From a virus (taxonomy: Duplodnaviria; Heunggongvirae; Uroviricota; Caudoviricetes): a DNA stretch of 17,907 nt. The translations under genes were made by a program, and so were the position numbers. Positions 6,151 to 11,629 of the stretch are shown here, piece after piece; the stretch's first letter is position 1; each line of letters begins with the position of its first letter. The stretch lies in the IMG/VR virus record IMGVR_UViG_3300008453_000586; one strand, given 5' to 3'. Under the pieces are notes generated by a model. The model was not told the origin of the DNA. It saw nothing but the letters and a program-made list of their open reading frames with translations, and did no database searches.

Positions 6151-7648
6151 ATATTTTTATTTTTTTAGTGATAACACTATTGTTCTTCGTTTGTGCTACA
6201 ACAATGTACAGACCTTCCCTTAAAACAGATAAATCCAAATCTTCTGAAACTAACTGACCATACAAAGTGTATACCTTAACCTTAATAATTTCATCATCTT
6301 GTATATATATTCGCTTATTTACTATGTTTAAAGTTGCTACTGTATATGTTCGTAGTAAATCATTAAAACCTTCAGTGGTCCATGTATTCAAATTAGATGT
6401 TTGAATAGAATATAATCTATTGTTAAGCATAGGGTCTGGTAAATTAAGGTATAATTTATACGTACCCACTGGTAACCCTAAAGTTGTTAAGTTAGTAGTA
6501 ATGTTATAACTTGTTGACGTACATCTTTTAATATCGCTATCTATTTCAAAAGAATAATTTACATTTGTGCTAGTATTTTTACACACCAAAAATGCTTTTC
6601 TAGTTTTAAACAAATTAGCATACCCATAATTACCTATGTTAATTGTAAGAACACCATTGGTAATGTTTGAAGAATTTAACCTCAAATTATAACCTAAGTT
6701 TCTTTGCATGGTTGTAAAACAACCATTGGTTTGCCAGTTTGATATAACTGTTGGGAAATAATCTTTATTGATAAGACTCCAATTAAATCTATCCATTTCA
6801 ATCATAGCGTTTGAACAATCAGTTCTAGGGGCGTTGACCATATTACTTTCACCGCTTACTGGGTTATTAAAAGTGTTGGTTTGCCAATATGTTATGTCGC
6901 TAGAAGTAGGCTGTCCTTGTGAACTATTAACTACAAAGGTACCACTATCACCCCACGTTCCTAAAAATGAGTCATTGTAGAAACCTATTCTTCCGATAAA
7001 TGTGTTTCCATACATTTTTTGTTTAGCGAAAATATACCTAACTTGTAATGGAATTGAAGAATTAAAAGAACTAATCATTCTATCCATTACTTCTTTTCTG
7101 TTGCTCCACTGTGTGGTTGTCAATACTGTAAAATTACCATCGCCAAATTCAGAAGAACCTGTATAGTACCATTCACCATACTTACCTATAAACCCAGCTT
7201 GAATACTAACAATAACATCTCTGTTAGAGTTTATTACTGGTGCTAATTGCTGAATGTGAGCAAGTATTTGAGCTTTAGTTGGTTGGAAAACAGGTGTAGT
7301 ACTTGATGATGAATATGTAAATCTAACAATTACTTTAGCACCAGCATTCCTAATTCTATTAAAATCAGTTTGCATATTTGTTAAGTATGTTGATGTGATT
7401 GGTATACCTGTAATAAAATCTCTCAAAAAGAATTGTCTTTGTATTACGGTAATGTTTTCGTTGGTTCTATACCCACTCAATGTAGATTGAGATAATAGAT
7501 TATAACCACCAGACGAACCAGTAGAAGTGTAACGATAAAAACCTTTTTCTGGGTTAGAGATAACTACGTTGGATGAAGCGTAAGTTACATTTTGACTAGT
7601 TATCATTACTGAGAATGATAAAAATAATAGTAATAAAAATTTTTTCAT
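6149..7648 (-). CDS. Secreted DUF4874/DUF4832-like putative glycoside hydrolase with T9SS-type C-terminal domain
   Basis: Signal peptide; NPEKGFY, RFTY, QAGFIGKYGEW, GFYNDSFL motifs; C-terminal KVYTLYGQLV...GLYIV...TKKIKI. Confidence 0.7.
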   Translation of the reverse strand: MKKFLLLLFLSFSVMITSQNVTYASSNVVISNPEKGFYRYTSTGSSGGYNLLSQSTLSGYRTNENITVIQRQFFLRDFITGIPITSTYLTNMQTDFNRIRNAGAKVIVRFTYSSSSTTPVFQPTKAQILAHIQQLAPVINSNRDVIVSIQAGFIGKYGEWYYTGSSEFGDGNFTVLTTTQWSNRKEVMDRMISSFNSSIPLQVRYIFAKQKMYGNTFIGRIGFYNDSFLGTWGDSGTFVVNSSQGQPTSSDITYWQTNTFNNPVSGESNMVNAPRTDCSNAMIEMDRFNWSLINKDYFPTVISNWQTNGCFTTMQRNLGYNLRLNSSNITNGVLTINIGNYGYANLFKTRKAFLVCKNTSTNVNYSFEIDSDIKRCTSTSYNITTNLTTLGLPVGTYKLYLNLPDPMLNNRLYSIQTSNLNTWTTEGFNDLLRTYTVATLNIVNKRIYIQDDEIIKVKVYTLYGQLVSEDLDLSVLREGLYIVVAQTKNNSVITKKIKI

Positions 7649-7778
7649 GTTTATAATTTTAATATAACGTTATATAAGGTAAATATTAGATTTTACTTAA
7701 AAAACAAATTGTGAGTAATTTATTGGTTAACACACCAAGTCTGTTAGTATTTTAAATAAATTTTCAATATTTATTAGT

Positions 7779-8060
7779 ATGAAAACATTAATAAAACAAT
7801 TGTTAAGAGAAAACATACTTGAATTACCAGATTATGCTGTAATTGAAATCATGATACCAATAGCATATATGGACCCTAAGTATTATTTTCAAGCTATACC
7901 AGAACACCATTTGGAATCTGATAGAATATACATTTGGAAAGGTGCCGCTGGAGGTAAATCAATATCAACTAAGAGTGTAAGAGTCTTAAAAACATTCAAA
8001 TACACAGAAAAAGATGAGATGGAAGCTTATCTTAATCAGTTGAGAAACAATGAAATGTAA
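7779..8060 (+). CDS. Hypothetical protein with N-terminal MKTLIKQLLRE motif
   Basis: 93 aa; ATATTTAT ends 4 nt upstream of the ATG. Confidence 0.7.
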   Translation: MKTLIKQLLRENILELPDYAVIEIMIPIAYMDPKYYFQAIPEHHLESDRIYIWKGAAGGKSISTKSVRVLKTFKYTEKDEMEAYLNQLRNNEM

Positions 8061-8077
8061 AATATTTCAAAAAAAAG

Positions 8078-8120
8078 TTGCAAAAAAACTTGACTTGTAT
8101 TAAAACAGTTCGTATCTTTG
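8078..8120 (+). promoter_or_regulatory. Host-type promoter heading array 2
   Basis: CTTG (8089-8092), 20 nt, TATCTTTG (8113-8120); shares 29 identical nt with 3987-4015. Confidence 0.75.
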
Positions 8121-8180
8121 CAATGTAATTAAAAAAAGGCAACCTCCTTTCTAAGTTACAAACAACGTTAAAACAAAAAA

Positions 8181-8310
8181 GTCTAGGTCCGTAGGGCTGT
8201 GACGGTATGTGAGGAAAGTGACTACGGAGCAAACGTATAACTGTATGAAACAAAGCAGATGTCCTTCGCATTTAAATTGAAAGTGTAACATATTTCAGCC
8301 GTCACTACTT
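8181..8310 (+). ncRNA. Unassigned structured RNA
   Basis: GTAG..TGACGG/CCGTCACTAC, TGTGAGGA/TCCTTCGCA, alternative TCCGTAG/CTACGGA; GC-richer than flanks; no ORF. Confidence 0.4.
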
Positions 8311-8379
8311 TTAACGTAAAAAAAAAAAGAATTTTTAAAAAAAACAACATATTTATAAACAAACATAAAAAGAAATACT

Positions 8380-8469
8380 ATGAGAACTTTTGCTAACATA
8401 TTTGATTTTGCATTTTTTGCTGCCGAGGAGGATTGCTTCTCTGGAGGGTCGTGTGTTGCCAATAGTTAA
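8380..8469 (+). CDS. Putative attenuator leader peptide 2 (MRTFANIFDFAFFAAEEDCFSGGSCVANS)
   Basis: ATG...TAA, 29 aa; Phe x6, Ala x5, Glu x2, Asp x2; directly upstream of a terminator and array 2. Confidence 0.7.
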   Translation: MRTFANIFDFAFFAAEEDCFSGGSCVANS

Positions 8470-8497
8470 CAGTTAGAAATAACTCAACCATAGTAAC

Positions 8498-8528
8498 AAG
8501 CCTGACCCTAATAAGTCAGGCTTTTTTT
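8498..8528 (+). terminator. Intrinsic terminator/attenuator before array 2
   Basis: AAGCCTGAC-CCTAATAA-GTCAGGC-T7; 5' arm can alternatively pair with 8445-8454. Confidence 0.85.
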
Positions 8529-8541
8529 ATGTACAAAAATT

Positions 8542-8612
8542 GGAGCCATAGCTGAGGGGTTTAGCGCTGGCCTGAAGAGTCAGAGACACGGGGTCGACTC
8601 CCGTTGGTTCCA
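8542..8612 (+). tRNA. tRNA-Phe(GAA), G54 in T loop
   Basis: CTGGC-CTGAAGA-GTCAG anticodon arm; T arm ACGGG-GTCGACT-CCCGT. Confidence 0.82.
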
Positions 8613-8648
8613 CAAGAAAAAAAAAATTAAAAAAAAGTTCATTGAAAA

Positions 8649-8679
8649 TTTGGAGATTAAAAAATAAGTTGTATATTTG
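8649..8679 (+). promoter_or_regulatory. Internal host-type promoter in array 2
   Basis: TTTG (8649-8652), 19 nt, TATATTTG (8672-8679). Confidence 0.7.
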
Positions 8680-8693
8680 CAACGAAATTAAAA

Positions 8694-8766
8694 GGTACCT
8701 TAGCTCAGTTGGTAGAGCACTGCACTGAAGATGCAGGTGTCCCCAGTTCGAATCTGGGAGGTACCA
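8694..8766 (+). tRNA. tRNA-Phe(GAA)
   Basis: GGTACCT/AGGTACC acceptor; CTGCA-CTGAAGA-TGCAG anticodon arm. Confidence 0.93.
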
Positions 8767-8768
8767 CT

Positions 8769-8921
8769 AGGAATGTACGTTCAGCGGTCGAATTGGTCAT
8801 AAGAAATTATGGATGGTAAACAATTCGGGGGATGGGTTAAGTAATTAACTTGGGTAAAACATTTTCAGAACGACTCCCCTCATAAGGGAGAAGGTCACAG
8901 GTTCGAATCCTGTCATTCCTA
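8769..8921 (+). tRNA. tRNA(CAT) (elongator Met or Ile2) with an 85-nt D loop
   Basis: AGGAATG/CATTCCT acceptor, CGTTC/GAACG D stem, CTCCC-CTCATAA-GGGAG anticodon arm, canonical T arm. Confidence 0.75.
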
Positions 8922-8980
8922 CAAGGAGTAAGCCCCCGCGTAATCGCGATACGTGGGGAGTGCTGAAACGAAATAAGCAT

Positions 8981-9056
8981 GGCCCCGTCTTCTAAATTGG
9001 ACTAGGAAGCCACCCTTTCAAGGTGTGTAATGCGGGTTCGAATCCCGTCAGGGCTA
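8981..9056 (+). tRNA. tRNA-Glu(TTC)
   Basis: CACC-CTTTCAA-GGTG anticodon arm; canonical T arm; one acceptor mismatch. Confidence 0.85.
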
Positions 9057-9093
9057 CAATCTGGTTAAGATTCCAGTAATCAAAAATCTAAAT

Positions 9094-9166
9094 GGTCTAT
9101 TCGTCTAGTTGGTCAGGACGTGCCCCTTTCACGGGTAAAACACGGGTTCGAATCCCGTATAGACTA
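9094..9166 (+). tRNA. tRNA-Glu(TTC)
   Basis: GGTCTAT/ATAGACT acceptor; TGCCC-CTTTCAC-GGGTA anticodon arm. Confidence 0.92.
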
Positions 9167-9261
9167 CAATTAAGGAACGTGTGCAAATGCAATGGTCGGC
9201 ACAGTAACTAGGTGAAATAATAGACGTTGTTGACTTGAGAGTGGAACAGAAATTCTAATTT

Positions 9262-9341
9262 GGTCTATGGGGCTGCTTGGTGTGGCTACCTGACTGTCAC
9301 TCAGGAAAAACAGGTCGGTTCGAATCCGATATAGACCGCCA
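9262..9341 (+). tRNA. tRNA-Asp(GTC) with encoded CCA
   Basis: CCTGA-CTGTCAC-TCAGG anticodon arm, G73-CCA, 8-nt variable loop. Confidence 0.88.
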
Positions 9342-9350
9342 AATTAAATT

Positions 9351-9424
9351 CGAGGTAAGGTCCACTGGCGAAGGATGCACGCCTGTCACGCGTTGCGAAC
9401 TGGGTTCGAATCCCAGTATCTCGG
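9351..9424 (+). tRNA. tRNA-Asp(GTC)
   Basis: CGAGGTA/TATCTCG acceptor, ACGC-CTGTCAC-GCGT anticodon arm, G73. Confidence 0.85.
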
Positions 9425-9526
9425 CAAAAAAGGTGAGAGAAAAACTAAGTAAGTCTGCCAACCGAAAAGTGAAGTATTAAGGCCATTCTGCTCAATATAT
9501 GATGGCAGTTGTATTGAGAGTAGTTA

Positions 9527-9597
9527 AAGTGTATCGTCTAGGGGCTTAGGACGCTGGCGCGTAGCTGGAAACATTGGTTCGAAACCAATTGCACTTC
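9527..9597 (+). ncRNA. tRNA-Glu-like body lacking a 7-nt anticodon loop
   Basis: AAGTGTA/TGCACTT acceptor, Glu-type D arm GTCT..GGAC, CTGGC-GCGTA-GCTGG (5-nt loop), 4-nt variable loop, normal T arm. Confidence 0.65.
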
Positions 9598-9604
9598 TAA
9601 ATTT

Positions 9605-9678
9605 GGGGACTTAGCTCAGCTGGCTAGAGCGTCTGCCTTGCACGCAGAAGGTCGCGGGTTCGACTCCCGCAGTCTCCA
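9605..9678 (+). tRNA. tRNA-Ala(TGC)
   Basis: TCTGC-CTTGCAC-GCAGA anticodon arm; G3:U70. Confidence 0.93.
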
Positions 9679-9686
9679 CGATTGCT

Positions 9687-9810
9687 AACACGGTCGCTTC
9701 GTGTTGAAATTGTCAGATAACGTGCGGATAGAGGCAATCTCTGGAAAAAGAAGCACTGACTGGAAGGAAAGTCCGCAACTAAACCTGCTTACACTTTGGA
9801 ATGTAAAGTG
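9687..9810 (+). ncRNA. Unassigned structured RNA
   Basis: AACACG/CGTGTT, GTCA..GTGC/GCACTGAC, GCGGA/TCCGC and TTACA/TGTAA helices between two tRNAs. Confidence 0.35.
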
Positions 9811-9815
9811 ATTTT

Positions 9816-9937
9816 GGGCACGTGGTGTAATGGTAGCATGTTAAAAAACAAGTCATAACCTGACAAGGTTATCTTCAGCATTAAATGTTAATTTTCCTGT
9901 CACGAAAAAGATGTAGGTTCGAATCCTGCCGTGTCCG
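9816..9937 (+). tRNA. tRNA-Asp(GTC) with a 51-nt insertion at positions 26-29
   Basis: GGGCACG/CGTGTCC acceptor, G73, TTTTC-CTGTCAC-GAAAA anticodon arm; insert 9841-9891 carries ATAACCT-GACA-AGGTTAT-C-TTCAGCA. Confidence 0.75.
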
Positions 9938-9944
9938 CACAGAA

Positions 9945-10004
9945 ATGGTTAGTTGGTGTAACCGCTAATGGATTGACGAATCTATTAAGTTGCATCAACG
10001 CCAT
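9945..10004 (+). ncRNA. Long hairpin RNA between tRNAs
   Basis: GTTGGTGTAAC (9952-9962) pairs with GTTGCATCAAC (9989-9999); inner GATT-GACG-AATC hairpin. Confidence 0.35.
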
Positions 10005-10009
10005 AGGAA

Positions 10010-10082
10010 GGGGCCATAGTTTACTAGGCGAAAATAGTTGGCTTGCACCCAGCAGAACTCGGTTCGAATCCGAGTGGCTCCA
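10010..10082 (+). tRNA. tRNA-Ala(TGC)
   Basis: GTTGG-CTTGCAC-CCAGC anticodon arm; G3:U70. Confidence 0.88.
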
Positions 10083-10098
10083 CAAAAAAGAAAATAAA

Positions 10099-10129
10099 TT
10101 TGTTTAATTCAAATTAATGATTATCTTTG
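10099..10129 (+). promoter_or_regulatory. Host-type promoter
   Basis: TTTG, 19 nt, TATCTTTG. Confidence 0.65.
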
Positions 10130-10153
10130 TACCCTAATTTAAAAATATTAGAT

Positions 10154-10681
10154 ATGAAAATTAATAGAATTGAAGGTGTAAGTTATTCAGAACCAGGAGA
10201 AGGTGAATTTATTGTATGTGTTTTAGACCCATCAATAAATGGTGAGGAATATGTAAAGGATTTGAATGATAGTATTGAGGAATACAACAAAGATGTTGAA
10301 TTATTTGAAAGTAAGTTGCAAGAGTTTAAAGAATTGTACAAAACAAATCTTTCATTTGAAGCAATTACTGGTGTTGCGTTATTAAACGAACGTGAACCAA
10401 AATACCCATCAACGACACCGTTGGGTTTTAAAAATGTTCAAACAGCTTTTCCAGAAATTACGCTTGAAAGAGAAAGAAGAAAAACTGTTAACAAAGAAAA
10501 TAGGTTAGTTTATGATACGTTTATAAATGAAGCTAGAGAAAATGTTAAAAGAGAAATTGAACCATTCAAACAAGCTTTAATCGCTAAATGGCCTAAGTTT
10601 AAAAGATGGGCGGCTAGTGATTGGGGTAGAACAATTTGGTACAAATTTGAATTAACAACTTTTAAATATGTGTCAGAATAA
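10154..10681 (+). CDS. Hypothetical protein, partly coiled-coil
   Basis: ATG at 10154 downstream of the promoter; no recognisable motif. Confidence 0.7.
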   Translation: MKINRIEGVSYSEPGEGEFIVCVLDPSINGEEYVKDLNDSIEEYNKDVELFESKLQEFKELYKTNLSFEAITGVALLNEREPKYPSTTPLGFKNVQTAFPEITLERERRKTVNKENRLVYDTFINEARENVKREIEPFKQALIAKWPKFKRWAASDWGRTIWYKFELTTFKYVSE

Positions 10682-10684
10682 AAT

Positions 10685-10756
10685 GGGGTCATAGCTCAAC
10701 GGCTGAGCGCTTCCCTTGCACGGAAGAGGATGTGGGTTCGAATCTCATTGGCTCCA
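10685..10756 (+). tRNA. tRNA-Ala(TGC)
   Basis: CTTCC-CTTGCAC-GGAAG anticodon arm; G3:U70. Confidence 0.9.
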
Positions 10757-10777
10757 CTAAATTTAAAATTAAAAATC

Positions 10778-11545
10778 ATGAAAACTAGAATTGCCCCATC
10801 ACCAACGGGCAAATTTCATTTAGGGACATTACGTACTGCTTTATTTAACTATTTGTTAAGTAAATCAAACAATGGTGTTTTTATCCTAAGAATAGACGAT
10901 ACAGATTTGTCTAGGAACAACGATTCAGATATAGACTTCATTCATCAACAAATGAAACATTTTGGTTTAGACTATGATGTAACATTTAACCAAAGCAGCA
11001 GACTTGATAGATACAAACAAGTTGCAACTGCCATAGGGTTCAAAAAAGATGATGGAACGTTAAACGTAAACATGGGTGACTATGATATGGTTATTCTTAG
11101 AGATAACGGTTATCCAACCTATAACTTCGCATCAATATTAGATGACTATGATTATGACATTACTGACATTATTAGAGGTGTAGACCATATTACCAACTTA
11201 CCAAAGCAACAAACGTTGTGGGATATGATTTGCAATGTATATGGTCAAAAAAAATTTCCAAATGTACAACACGCTGGGTTATTGTTTTATAAAGGTGCCA
11301 AATTATCTAAAAGAACTGGTAACTGTACTACTGATGATTATAATGATTATGACGTTGATGCGTTACTAAATTGGTTATTCAAATTTGGTTGGTCACATCC
11401 TAACGCTAATTTTGACAAAGATTTTCCAATTTTAAAGATGGGTGATATGATAAAACACTTTATAGATGGTCATATTGTAAAGTCGAATTCAAGTATTGAC
11501 ATAAACAAATTAATATGGTTAAATAAAAAACATAAAACAAAATAA
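10778..11545 (+). CDS. Minimal glutamyl-tRNA synthetase-like protein (catalytic domain only; GluRS/GluQ family)
   Basis: RIAPSPTG..HLGT (HIGH), LRIDDTD, IIRGVDH, KLSKR (KMSKS), LLNWLFKFGWS; 255 aa with no anticodon-binding domain and no Cys/Zn insertion. Confidence 0.88.
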   Translation: MKTRIAPSPTGKFHLGTLRTALFNYLLSKSNNGVFILRIDDTDLSRNNDSDIDFIHQQMKHFGLDYDVTFNQSSRLDRYKQVATAIGFKKDDGTLNVNMGDYDMVILRDNGYPTYNFASILDDYDYDITDIIRGVDHITNLPKQQTLWDMICNVYGQKKFPNVQHAGLLFYKGAKLSKRTGNCTTDDYNDYDVDALLNWLFKFGWSHPNANFDKDFPILKMGDMIKHFIDGHIVKSNSSIDINKLIWLNKKHKTK

Positions 11546-11629
11546 TAGAATTATTTTGTTGTTAATTTTTTGATTATTGGTTACTAAAAGATATTTATTG
11601 TAATAACATATAAATCAATATTTTAACCC

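Noticed and set aside
5214-9166. G1:U72 wobble in seven tRNAs as a novelty
   Set aside because: To my knowledge this is common in Bacteroidota tRNAs; it supports the host assignment rather than a new feature.
8211-9774. RNase P RNA suggested by GAGGAAAGT (8211) and AGGAAAGTCC (9765)
   Set aside because: No matching 3' ACAGAA..CGGCTTA element, and a tRNA or leader follows within about 40-170 nt.
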